64,000 bases of DNA from the NCBI GenBank assembly GCA_030141605.1, contig JAQGDQ010000882.1:20644-84643 (forward strand), read 5' to 3'. This stretch comes from Tubiluchus corallicola. Lineage: Eukaryota; Animalia; Priapulida. Positions within the stretch are counted from its first letter, which is position 1; the number at the start of each line of letters is the position of its first letter. Shown here in pieces: positions 17,901 through 30,073 of this stretch. The position numbers and the translations under genes were made by a program. The notes under the pieces were generated by a model. It made no database searches. It saw only the letters and a list, made by a program, of their open reading frames with translations, and was not told the DNA's origin.

Positions 17901-20900
17901 GTTGCTGTTGTTGTTGTGGTTGCTGTTGCTGTTTTTGTTGTTGTTGTTGCTGTTGCTGTTCCTGCTGCTGCTGTTGCTGTTGCTGCTGCTGCTAATCTAC
18001 TATTGTTATACTGCAGTAATGCTCAGTGGCAATCTCCTGGTTTACTGATGTTTACTATTATTATTATTGCAGTGTTGGTGAATTGAGTCCCAGAGCAGTC
18101 GGGGAGCTTGTCTCATTAGAGACATTTATGTCAAATTTCGTTGATAAAATTCTGGACCAAAGAGATGGAGCCATTGTTTTCTTTGTACAGGATGTGGTAA
18201 GGATAATTATTACAAAATATCTTTAGATGCTCAACAAAATCTTTGCAATTACAAAGCCTGTGTTGTAGTGGAGCATTTGTTGATATGATATGTGCACTAC
18301 AGTTAAACGACCAGAGTTGATAGTGTGTCTGGACTTTTAGTTTAAATAGGATTTTATTTTGTGTTTTATTTTTGAAAATGTAGCTGCTTGAATAAGTGGT
18401 CAATACTGCTTGAATAAGTGGTCAGTACTGCTTGAATAAGTGGTCAATACTGCTTGAATAAGTGGTCAGTACTGCTTGAATAAGTGGTCAATGTCAATAC
18501 TGCTTGAATAAGTTGTCAATACTGCTTGAATAAGTGGTCAATACTGCTTGAATAAGTTGTCAATACTGCTTGAATAAGTGGTCAATGTCAATACTGCTTG
18601 AATAAGTTGTCAATACTGCTTGAATAAGTGGTCAATACTGCTTGAATAAGTGCTCAATGTCAATACTGCTTGAATAAGTTGTCAATACTGCTTGAATAAG
18701 TGGTCAGTACTGCTTGAATAAGTGGTCAATACTGCTTGAATAAGTGGTCAATACTGCTTGAATAAGTGGTCAGTACTGCTTGAATAAGTGGTCAATATTG
18801 CTTGAATAAGTGGTCAATACTGCTTGAATAAGTGGTCAATACTGCTTGAATAAGTGGTCAATACTGCTTGAATAAGTGGTCATTACTGCTTGAATAAGGG
18901 TCAGTACTGCTTGAATAAGTGGTCAATACTGCTTGAATAAGTGGTCAATACTGCTTGAATAAGTGGTCAATACTGCTTGAATAAGTGGTCAGTACTGCTT
19001 GAATGAGTGGTCAAGGAGTGACTTATTTTTTCAGCTTAGCATCGAGGACATCACTAAATACGGGGATGTGTACAACGTGAACGGCAACGGCGGTTCTTTC
19101 AAGAATCTAAAGGTACGGCATTTTTTTTGAAGGAATAACCAACCCTCGAATAACATTTATTGCATTTTAATATACAATTAACGCTATTGAAACCAGAACA
19201 CAATACACGCGCATAGAATGCTCTGCTTAAAAATGTAAAAGAAATTTAAATATTTTTTATCTCCCGCCAAACGAACGTTGATGCCGACGTATTTAAAAAA
19301 TGACGTAAGCTGGTGTCTGCTGGGCAGCGTGAATGCTGTGAAGGTAAGTTGTGATGAAGGTACGCGTTGAGAAATTTCTACAGTCCAGTCAGAAGTTCAG
19401 TTATTCTAGCGTTGTATTTAAATGTGCTTTTGTAAAAATTAGTCATTTGATCAATTATGACCAAGATTAAGGTGGTTACGAAGCTTTAAACCACAGGATT
19501 GTATCACGTAAAATCTTTATGTAATCAACATAAAATGTGTAAATGTAATTAATTTACAGATTTTTGTTGACTTTTAAAAACGCACATAATGCTGCCAGCA
19601 CGTAGTAGGTGACGGGTTGGTTACTTAGCTTATAGAGTTCGCTCTATGAGTTTAAAAAGGGTCATGGCTTTTGCTTTAACTCGGAATTTGGTTGGTCCAT
19701 CCGACTGGGTCTCTCCAGTTTGTCCTCTTCAAGCGTTAGTATTAAATTCAGTCTGAATGACTTGTCACTGCCACCACCAATTACATGGATATGGTTATTA
19801 ATCGTATTTTAATATACAATTAGAAATATTGAAATCACAATGCAAAATACGCGCATAGAATGGTTTGCTTACAAATGTAAAAGAAATTTAAATATTTCTT
19901 ATCTTCCGCCAAACAAACTTTGATGGCGGCATATTTAAAAAACGATGTAAGCTGGTGTCTGCTGGGCAGCGTGAATGTTATGAAAGTACGCGTTGCAAAA
20001 TTTCTACAGTTTGCTTAGAAGTTTCGTTATTCTAATGTTGTGTTTAACTGTGTTTATCTAGAAATTAGTTATTTCATCAATTATGATCAAATTTAAACTG
20101 GTTACATTGCTTTAATCTTCAGGATTACACCTTAAAATGTGTAAGTAATTAATATTAATTGTGTAAATAATTAATTTACAGATTTTTGTTGACTTTTAGA
20201 TACACATGTAAACTTGCCAGCACGTAGTAGGTTCCGAGTGGATTACTTAGTTTATAGAGTTCGCTCTATAAGTTAAAAAAGATTCTGAAGCACTTGGCGG
20301 GATAAGTGTTTATATTGCAAGGAAACCAGATGACACCATTTTTCGTCCAAGCGTAAAGTTGACTTTAAGTTGATTTTACTAATTACACGAGATGCTTAAT
20401 ACAATTTTCCCAAATAATAAAATGAGGTCAGCTTCCCGAGAGACTTGGCTTTTGCTTTGATGGTCGTAAAAATTTGTTTAAACCGTTATTGAAAAATCGT
20501 CTTTTTTGTGCGATTCCAAATTAATTTTTTGAGCAACTTTATTTCATTCAGAAAAGCAAATTCCTTTTTTAGTAAAAATGTGTAAAAATAATTACGTCAT
20601 ATGCTATTTTTAGAAACATTTGGATGACGCCGGCACCGCCAGGTTCCTGTCGGCGGTCGTTGCTCCAGCACGGGCCGCGATACATCTTAAGGAAAAATTT
20701 TCAGGACGTGTGGAGGTGGTGAAGCCGGACGACGTTCGTGACGGGATCAAGCCAAAAGATGGCGTACTGTATTTAATCAAGCTGCCGGACACTAGCCCGA
20801 GCGATCGTGGAGCGTCTTTACGTGAAAATGGTTCGTTATCGCCTCGTTCATTTCTCTGTCAGTTTATATATCCTCTTGTATCTACATATGTAATTAGTAG

Positions 20901-21240
20901 TTTGCGTGGGATGTAAATTCAATTCAATTTCGTCTTTCTCATTTTGTTTGTGTTGTGTTTTGTTTTTCTCGGAAGGTTCGTAGAGAAAACCAGAAAACAC
21001 TTCACCAGATTAAACTAGTTTATTAAGCGAGAATTCTACAACACAAAAGTATGAAGGAACGCGAAATGATTACACTAAACGTGAAAATCTGGAAAACGTT
21101 TAAGTGTATCTGAAAATACAAGTATACAAGAGAATGTGTAAGTGGCTCCCGTGTGAATCTGCGTGTGTGCATCTCAGCGGCCTGCTTCGCCTTTCTCTCT
21201 CTCTCTCCCCTCTCCCTCTTTCTCTCTTTCTCTCTCTCCT

Positions 21241-21287
<47 letters not shown>

Positions 21288-21312
21288 TTCTCTCTTTCTC
21301 TCTCTCTCTCTT

Positions 21313-21390
<78 letters not shown>

Positions 21391-24300
21391 GTCTCTCTCA
21401 GCGGTCTGCTTCGCCTTATATTGGGTGCCAGGGAACATTGTAGACGTTTCTTTCTAGAAATTCTACAAGGTAAGACGATTATTCTAATGGAACATTCTAC
21501 AATGTTCTATTTAATTCTAATAGATGCCAGCGATCTCCACAACAGTTTGCTTCAACTCTACGACGAATTTGAAAATGAAGCGAAATAAGAAATTAGGCAA
21601 CAGTAGCTGTCGTGCTTGAATAATGTATGAAATGTTTATAATGTATGAAAACAAACAGAATAAAAATGAAGCAATAATGTATGAAGCAAACAAAATAAGA
21701 ATGATGAAATTGAATTGATTTTACTCTTACGCAAACTACTAATTTTGTAGATATAGATATATATACCGGGTTTCGCATAACTATAACAAAGCCTAGCTAC
21801 ATTAGCAAATTTAGCAAACATGGTAACCATGTCCTGTTTAAAAATTGTACAGTAATTTCAGGGTTTTAAGAAGATTTCTTCTCTTGTTTTTTTATGTGGT
21901 TGTTTTTATAGCTGATTGAAATCTAGAAGAATTTGTCTATTGCATATTTGAAGTTTCTATTTGTATAGTTTACTTTTTGCTAATAGAAGGCACCAGTTCA
22001 TTTGATTGTATAGTAGTGAGAATGTTTTGTTTCTACACCTTTACAGTTCTTTGACTTTTGATTGTGTAGTAGTGACAATGTTTTGTTTCTACACCTTTAC
22101 AGTTCTTTGACTTTTGATTGTATAGTAGTGAGAATGTTTTGTTTCTACACCTTTACAGTTCTTTGACTTTTGATTGTATAGTAGTGAGAATGTTTTGTTT
22201 CTACACCTTTACAGTTCATTGACTTTTGATTGTATAGTAGTGAGAATGTTTTGTTTCTATATCTTATAGTTTTTGACTTTTGATTGTATAGTAGTGACCA
22301 TGTTTTGTTTCTATACCTTACCATTTTTTACTTTTGATTGTATAGTAGTGAGAATGTTTTGTTTCTCTACTTTACAGTTTTTTGACTTTTGATTTTATAG
22401 TAGTAGCAATGTTTTGTTTCTATACCTTACAGTTTTTTACTTTTGATTGTATAGTAGTGGTAATGTTTTGTTTCTACACCTTACAGTTTTTTGACTTTTG
22501 ATTTTATAGTAGTGAGAATGTTTTATTTCTGTACCTTGGCAGTAATAATGTTCTGTTTTTATACCATGCAGTTTTTTGAATTTGATACAGATCAGCTGAT
22601 TGGTCAAGTGACAGATTCCCTAGAGAAGGCCGGAGTAAAGTACACGGCTTTCTATACTGGAGTCCAGAATTCGAGACTCGATCGGGTGTGTTTCTTGTTT
22701 CTTTCTATTTTTTAATTATTTAAATTTTTTTATTGGCGTAGGAATGCACCAAATATTCGCATCACCGAATTTTTTCCCCGAATATCAGTATGAAAATTCA
22801 GCCGTGTAAACTTCAGTTGTAATCAGTAAAGGTTTGGCGAACCTAGTGTATAATTTTCTGTTAATCTTATAAAAATTTAGACGAAGAAAACTGATAGTAA
22901 ATAGCAAACGCGATACAACGGCCGCCATTTTGTTTTTACTAAGAAAACTGATAGTAAATAGCACACACAACACAACAGCCGCCATTTTGTTTTTACTAAG
23001 AAAACTGATAGTAAATAGCAAATGCAACACAACGGCCGCCATTTTGTTTTTACTAAGAAAACTGATAGTAAATAGCAAACACAACACAACAGCTGCCATT
23101 TTGTTTTTACTAAGAAAACTGATAGTAAATAGCACACAGAACACAACGGCCGCCATTTTGTTTTTACTAAGAAAACTGATAGTAAATAGCAAACACGACA
23201 CAACAGCCGCCATTTTGTTTTTACTAAGAAAACTGATAGTAAATAGCACACACGACACAACAGCCGCCATTTTGTTTTTACTAAGAAAACTGATAGTAAA
23301 TAGCAAACACGACACAACAGCCGCCATTTTGTTTTTACTAAGAAAACTGATAGTAAATAGCCAGCATGACACAACAGCCGCCATTTTGTTTTTACTAAGA
23401 AAACTGATAGTAAATAGCAAACACGACACAACAGCCACCATTTTGTTTTTTGCTTCTGAATGATAACTTAAAGAATGCGATGCATCATCGGTACGCTCAT
23501 CGTGTCAATGCGCAGTGGCGTTGCTCATATATGACGAAATAAATCCATGAGAGTTTTGAAAACCCGAACTAGAAAACGATTATACAATTGTAATTTTACT
23601 TAAGTACTGTTTTTATTCATCGTACGAAATAGTTTAAACAGCTTTTGAAAGAATTAGGGCTGCTTTTAAGATGCTTAATACTTTACTACATAAACTGAGC
23701 ATTAAATACAAACAAAGAAATCAAATCAGAACAATTCTGCGAAGTCGGGGATGAGAATTTTTCGCGGATACACGGAATTCCGAGTTTTTGGAAGACCAGT
23801 AGTGCCATTTTTGTAAATCACGTAAATTCGTTGAGAAAATTTTTACGGACCCAGCACATTATTTCACAAGCTGACCGCTAGTTGGCAGGCCGTCACTTTG
23901 TTTACATCACGTACATCAGTGCAACCACGTGTTTATCTCTATGTATAAAAATATAGAATCAATTGTGCGGAGTTATTTGAGTCAATTACAGACAGTTTTT
24001 ATATACTTTTGCATAGGAGCGGCCGGTACTTAGGCGCTTTTGAGACAATTAGGTATCATGTATCCTTGATAGTTGGATATTTTAAATTATGCATGAAACA
24101 AGGTAACTGATATTTTAAGTCCACTTAGAGGTCCTTTATGGTCACAAAATTGCAATTTGTTGCTGGCTTCAAGGGGCCTCCCAACCCCCGGCCTGTTTCA
24201 GAGTTTTTTGCGATTTGTCATTCTCACCCATCACCACTAATAGAGTTTTTAAATCCTTTCAGTTGGAATTCTAACAAAATTCGTTTCAATTTCCACAAAA

Positions 24301-27300
24301 AATTGGTTTGGCTTCTGTCCCGTCTTCCAATTTAACTTGATGTTTTCGTTTCGGCAGCCCCAGCCGATCAGGTGGTTCCTAAGCGTAAAAAATTTGGCTT
24401 TAGTTCGATTGATGAAAATGTGCACTCTTAAATTGGGAGATCAATTTCTCGCTTTAGCCGTTACTGCTAAAGTACTTCTACGTTTTGCCAATAGGTGGAG
24501 CAGCTGCAGCACAAGATTCGAGTCGCTCGGCAGTTGTTGCAAACGGAAGACGAAGACGATCCAATTTTAATAAAAGACACGTGTTTACTGTTCTACACGA
24601 CTCAAGTGAAGCTACAGCTGATACCTGCCGTAGCGAACTCGACTTACGAACTGCCCAATGATAAAGCTGAACAGAGTTCTAGCTGTGGTGGAGAAAATGG
24701 TACACGTAACAGGTACGAAAACCGAAAACAAAGCGAACAGCTCGTTCGGAGCACTAACTTTTATTGTGATATCTGTGGAAGTTGGAATTGTACATTGTAG
24801 TTAGGTGCTGCCATCTATGTGCTAATCCTGTTACATTCTACCAGCTGACTTACCTTCTGTGTAATTGTATGGTCCAGTGAATGCATACACACTGGTCCTC
24901 TCCTTATCTAAAGTTAATGGTTGTTGTGAAGCCTGTGCAACTCTGCATAGGTCAAGTTCTATACCTGTATACTGACTGTGAAACAGGTTTTACTGACTGT
25001 TTTTTTGCTTTCTAGTTTTTGCTCAATGTTCAGTGCAGCAGTTTTGCTACTCATGTTTTCTGTAGTTCAATAAACACTTTTCTGCTGTGTGCAGTGCAAA
25101 TATTTATTAGAGATTTTTGGTTCCTATCCATACTTCTCTGTGCCTAAACTCAATCATAACAAAGAGACTGAACAACAACTTCAAAAATGACTTTCACAAT
25201 ATCAAATCAGTTAGCTTTACTAGACTAAAGTGTCGCCATCTATTGTTAAAATTCAAATATGAATGTGACATCTTTGATTTCAAATCTAATTGGATTTGAT
25301 TCTCTCATGTCAATGATTCTATGTGTCAGCGGAAACACGAATTTTGCCAATACACTCGTATCTCGGTTTGCCGGGGACATCACTTTTACGAATATCGGAA
25401 AATTCAGAGGAAATCTGAGCCGTGCAAAAGTCCCGCATACTACGGACGCAGTCTGTTGTTTCGCGAGCTGACCGCTAGTTGTCGGGCCGTCAGTTTGTTT
25501 ACAGCCGACAAGCAGGTGGCGACACGTGTGCTGCTTGTATGTCAGCGTATTTAGTGCTTTAATCAATGTGAGCGGTTTAGAGTCAATTATGCGGAGTTAT
25601 CTGAGTCATTTGCTGACAGTTTTTATATATTTTTGCTTAGAAGCGGTTTTAGAGACAATTAGGCAATTGATTCTGCATTACCATGAGTGTAATACATTGT
25701 GCCTATTATATTACCTTAATATCAGGTAACACGGACGCAGGGTAAATTCGGACCGACGTCTCCCTGGTTTTGTCCGGCAAACCAAGATATAAGTGTAGCT
25801 CATTCTTGAAAGTTGAATGACGAAAGGCTAACCACTTTAAGGTTTCTTGAGATGTCTTTAAAAAGTGACAAACTTGACCAGAACTGTGCTTCTAGTTTAT
25901 TAGTTGCAATTTTCCGTGCGTTACAAAATTTTGTGCGTTACAAAATTTTCCGTGCGTTACCAAATTTTCCGTGCGTTACAAAATTTTCCGTGCGTTACAA
26001 AATTTTCCATGCGTTACAAAATTTTCCATGCGTTACAAAATTTTCCGTGCGTTACAAAATTTTCCATGCGTTACAAAATTTTCCGTGCATTACAAAATTT
26101 TCCGTGCGTTACAAAATTTTCCATGCATTACAAAATTTTCCATGCATTACAAAATTTTCCATGCATTACAAAATTTTCCATGCATTAGAAAATTTTCCGT
26201 GCGTTACAAAATTTTCCATGCATTACAAAATGGAAATTTATTTGAAATTGAATTGTCAAAAAGAAAATGCGTGTTCAAATTTGAACTTCTGATAAAATTG
26301 ACCGCATAAGTTTCATTAAGTATTTATGAATGGCAATAGTCTCGTTGAGTAATGTTTGAAGTTTGTAATATTGAAAGGAAATAAAATATTTATCTATCTA
26401 AAAATTTCGCCATTTATCGAGCGTAACTTTCATTTACTTCCGTTGTCTTTAATTACTTCTTTCTCTTTTTCAGCATTCAGTTGACGTACAAGAATGTGGG
26501 CAAGATTGAGAAACTTGTGTTTAAACTCAGCGCCGTGAAGTCAGTCGCCGACTATGGCTGGTGGAGCGTTTCCAGCGCCACAGTTGCCATCACGGGAAAA
26601 CTGGGTGAGTCTTCGTTTTAATCTTCTAACTTAATATTGGAATTTATGTCGCTTCAGAACGGATTTACTCTGGATGTAGTTCGGTCAGAGATTAGGTTTG
26701 GTTATATACGTATCGTTCTCCATAACAGTTCTTGTCTGTGTCCACATTGCAGGGGTGTATTAACCATTAGACTGACTAGACTATAGACCAGAGCGCCAGG
26801 CGTCACATTTTAGGAAAAAATCGTATTCTCCTTCGAAAATGTGTAAAATTTCATCTTCATGTAAAAGGTGCATTTTATAACACGCCACAGGCATTTACTG
26901 AATGCAGCTTTTATATAAGTGCCACATAACGAACAGGTGCAAAGTATTATACAGCAAGCAGTTGCTCAGCCTGCTTGTATGTAAATGCTATATGCAAATA
27001 CATGTAATTAATAAAGACCGCATAGAAACTAGGTTAATAGTGTTTCTAATACACCACAAGTAATTGTTTAATCTGCTCATTACATAAACAACCATAAATT
27101 CATACTAGAGATGGGCGGGGCAGAACTATCAATCTAGGGTGTCATAAAGTGTTGATACGCCCCTGCCGCAGGGTCATTAAGTCAGGTAAGGCTGGAGACA
27201 AGAGACAAAACGTTAAGTTAATAATCTACATTCAGCTGGTACTTGATGAATTCGATGAGATTTTTCAAAATTTGTTTGAGAAATTCGGCAGACAGTGGCT

Positions 27301-29669
27301 AAAGCAATAATTTCTACATGCAAAAAAACAGGTAAACAGATGCAAATCGAACAACGATTAGTTTTGATCATAGTATTCATGTAAAATATGTAACGAATAT
27401 TTTTTAATTTGTACATGCTTTTAGAATAATAATATTAATGCTAAGAATGGTCTCATGTCGTGATGGAGCATGAGGATTGATGGTTACAGCATTTGTTAGG
27501 GCAGGTAGCTAACCCTCAGCTGTCTTTCTTCCTCCGTCAAATTAAACTAGTTTATTAAGCGAGAATTCTACAACACAAAAGTATGAAGGAACGCGAAATG
27601 TTTACAGTAAACGTGAAAATCTGGAAAACGTTTGAGTGTATCTGAAAATACAAGTATACAAGAGAATGTGTAAGTGGCGTCCGTGTGAATCTGCACGTGT
27701 CTGTCAGCAGCCTGCTTCGCCTTATATAGGGTGCCAGGGAACATTCTAGACGTTTCTTTCTAGAACATTCTACAAGGTAAGATGATTATTCTAACGGAAC
27801 ATTCTACAATGTTCTATTTAATTCTAATAGATGCCAGCAATCTCCACAACACTAAGTGATCAGGCAACAACGCTGAGTAGGCTTGAAAACTCCGACGTGA
27901 GTTGGATTCGAACCGACAACCTCCGCGTCAACACTTTTTCCGTAACCGCTAAGTGAGGTGGCCTTCCGTAACCTGTTTTGTGCAGGCATTATTGCATTTT
28001 TTGCTTTTTAGGACCGAATACAACGTTTGACGGCGGGGAGAGGAAACTTGTTTCAACCAGTTGGACATCACCGCTTGGCTATTCGTACCACTGTAGCGAC
28101 GACATGCTGAATCAAGATCGAAACCAACAAACAAACGCCACATTTACAAACGAAGTTGCGATAAAGTTTGAAGGATTACAGGTAGAGAATGAATTCCTGT
28201 GAAGGAGTAATCCTTTACTGGATGGCAGTTTTAGTATCGTGTACCATTTCTAATATTGCAAACTGGCAATTTAAAGGAAAGATCAAGCTTTCTGGGACGT
28301 TAGGCTTATTTCGTTGTTTGCAAAAGTGCCTGAAAAATTTAGTAATAAAAGTGTGATACCCGCTTAGTAAAATCACTTTGAAGTGACGGCTCCCATTTTG
28401 AATGCCCATTCGTCCACCAATGACATCATTCGTCAGCTGAAGAACAACAGTGATTTGTTAATTTCCGTCAAAAGTATGAAGTTTTTACAAATAATTAGAC
28501 GAGTAATTTAGTGATAATTTTTCCATGAACATTAGGTAAGCTGCAAATGTTTCACTTAGTCTAAACGACACGCACTTACTGAAAGCCGTTCACTTGCATA
28601 AACGATATCGTATATATTAATTTCGCTGGTATATATATATATATAAGATTTGAGGCTACAGCTCCGACGACGGCACCATTAGCGGCGATCTATACATCAA
28701 ACGAAAGATCTCGATCAAGTGTCGTGCCATTGGGGGTTTATTTTTCGAATCTGATGTGATGAAAGATAACGTGATGAATTATCAAGTTTTTTGATACAGA
28801 ACATGATAACGTGATGAATTATCAAGTTTTTCTTAAAACTACCAGTGATGAATCAATTCTCGCTGGGCTCAGTAACAATGTAATTTTTTAAAACTGCGCT
28901 ACTGGGTGTTGCAAAAAAAACTGTGACGATCAAGTGTCGTGCCATTGGGGGTTTATTTTTCGAATCTGGCCCACCGGGAGGACCGGGAGACGTAAAACCT
29001 CCAAAAATGATCGATGACAAATTTTTTTTGGCCGTTTTTTGCAAAAGTTATATGTCTGAGATCTGGAGAACGGGAATGGGCTGGGGGCGGCGCCCGCCAT
29101 AGATAGATAGCCCGTTCAGCGGTTGGCGTATATAGAATTCGCGAGAGGGCCACGGCATTTTTGAAATTTTGACCAAACAGCCTGCGGAAAAAACGTTATA
29201 GCAGCGCCTGGTGGGACTCTCTGAAGGAGATATATAGCTCTTTAGAAAGCTGAAGAACAGGGCTACACGATGATGTGAGCTATATTTTAGGACAGGTCCA
29301 CCAAGAGGAGTGCCAATGAGTTAATTAGATGTTCTATTCTTGGCAGTTTTCGCTTGGAAAACTGCTGACGCAAAGCCATTGTTCTGACGTCATCCATTAT
29401 ACTCTGCCTATAATCTTATAACTTTAATTCACTAAAGCTGCTACTGGCTTTGCGTTTTAAATGAGGACTATGCAGGATGTTTGCGTATTATTGATTATAA
29501 GTGGATTTATAAGCAAAATTTTTTGCAGGGCCTTTTCTAGTCTATATATTAATTCTCTTGGTATGGGCTTAATATATAAGATTCGAGGCTACAGCTCCAA
29601 CGACGGCACCATTTGCGGCGATCTATATATGAAACGAAAGGTCTCGATCTAGTGTCTTGCCATTGGGGG

Positions 29670-29711
<42 letters not shown>

Positions 29712-29974
29712 GTATGATTTTGCAAGAAGTATGTTCTTTTTATTTCCAGATGCAGTTTTTCATGAGCTCTGGCAGTAACAGCACCATGAAGTTTGGACCG
29801 CCTGACGATTGCGTCGGTTTCTTCACCATAGCTATATGGATGGGCATCTTCACCACTTTGATCATAATCACCATTCTGTCATTTGGCATATTCGTGTTAA
29901 TGTCCATCAAGACAATGGACAGGTTTGACGATCCCAAAGGCAAGACGATAACGGTTCCGGCAACGGAGGGATAG
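8958..29974 (+). CDS. ATP6AP1: V-type proton ATPase accessory subunit S1 (Ac45); 9 exons: 8958-9061, 18073-18196, 19035-19112, 20614-20830, 22591-22685, 24495-24712, 26474-26604, 28012-28181, 29750-29974
   Basis: The exons join in frame (1362 nt, 453 aa). Signal peptide MASVILVKVVCLAVFSVGFS; motifs FVQD-LSIED, DQLIGQV..YTA, furin-type RVARQLLQ, YSYHC; C-terminal DCVGFFTIAIWMGI-TM-IKTMDRFDDPKGKTI, the Ac45/VOA1 signature. Confidence 0.95.
10258..10392. mobile_element. Small Tc1/mariner-type MITE
   Basis: TA-CAGGGTGTTCC ... GGAACACCCTG-TA. The right part is tandemly duplicated at ~10470-10580. Confidence 0.65.
11393..12385 (+). CDS. STX18: Syntaxin-18 (ER Qa-SNARE), single-exon, nested in ATP6AP1 intron 1
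   Basis: 330-aa ORF. N-terminal [41 protein letters not shown] motif [66 protein letters not shown] with tail anchor. AATAAA directly at the stop. Confidence 0.96.
   Translation: [330 protein letters not shown]
15380..15804. mobile_element. hAT-type MITE
   Basis: Degenerate TIRs TA(T/G)GGTTACC.TA / TATGGTAACCCTA; 8-bp flanks TATATATA / CATATATA. Confidence 0.6.
16180..16667. mobile_element. hAT-type MITE; second copy at 34305-34864
   Basis: TIR CAGG(C/G)TGCATAAGATTATGGATAT at both ends; perfect 8-bp TSD AGTATGGG (16172-16179, 16668-16675). Confidence 0.9.
17072..17646. repeat. 41-bp minisatellite (~14 copies)
   Basis: Unit TGTATGTACTGTTTATGTGTAAATATGTTATGTATGTAAAA. Confidence 0.95.
17701..17992. 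repeat. (GTT/GCT)n trinucleotide microsatellite
   Basis: Seen directly; explains the poly-C, poly-L and poly-V ORFs. Confidence 0.95.
18385..19012. repeat. 22-bp minisatellite
   Basis: Unit TACTGCTTGAATAAGTGGTCAA, running up to the acceptor of ATP6AP1 exon 3. Confidence 0.95.
19150..20280 (+). repeat. Diverged ~500-bp direct duplication (19150-19660 / 19800-20280)
   Basis: Shared blocks such as GTAAGCTGGTGTCTGCTGGGCAGCGTGAATG and TATAGAGTTCGCTCTAT occur in both halves. Confidence 0.8.
21009..21543 (+). repeat. Interspersed repeat interrupted by (CT)n; uninterrupted copy at 27541-27850
   Basis: ATTAAACTAGTTTATTAAGCGAGAATTCTACAACAC...GATGCCAGC.ATCTCCACAACA is nearly identical in both places. 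Confidence 0.9.
22003..22540. repeat. ~55-bp minisatellite
   Basis: Unit TTGATTGTATAGTAGTGAGAATGTTTTGTTTCTACACCTTTACAGTTCTTTGACTT. Confidence 0.9.
22884..23449. repeat. 60-bp minisatellite (~9.5 copies)
   Basis: Unit AGAAAACTGATAGTAAATAGCAAACACGACACAACAGCCGCCATTTTGTTTTTACTA..; explains the repetitive ORFs. Confidence 0.95.
25353..25795. mobile_element. TA-flanked MITE with ~22-bp TIR; second copy at 62809-63252
   Basis: TA-CACTCGTATCTCGGTTTGCCGG ... CCGGCAAACCAAGATATAAGTG-TA. The same ends occur at 62809 and 63252. Confidence 0.8.
25908..26230. repeat. 19-bp minisatellite
   Basis: Unit AAATTTTCCGTGCGTTACA. Confidence 0.95.
26750..27165. mobile_element. hAT-type MITE; inverted copy at 45347-45768
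   Basis: TIR CAGGGG(T/C)GTAT ... ATACGCCCCTG. The 45347-45768 copy has a perfect 8-bp TSD, GAGTTACT. Confidence 0.8.
27885..27960 (-). repeat. tRNA-derived SINE head remnant
   Basis: The minus strand has B-box GGTTCGAATCC followed by a T-run; no complete cloverleaf. Confidence 0.45.
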
Positions 29975-30073
29975 CGCCGAGAGGGAGGATTGTCAGACGG
30001 GTTGATTAGTTGTTAATAATGTGTCAAATTATTTACTTAATGTTCCTGCATGGTAATGATGTTGTAAGGTAAA

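Noticed and set aside
17645-18086. Poly-Cys, poly-Leu and poly-Val ORFs
   Set aside because: Translations of a (GTT/GCT)n microsatellite in an intron.
22785-23463. Repetitive 177-218-aa ORFs; likewise those at 25813-26309, 49894-50353, 53471-54040, 56908-59038 and 59602-60475
   Set aside because: Stop-free frames of minisatellites, open on both strands and with no protein-family motifs.
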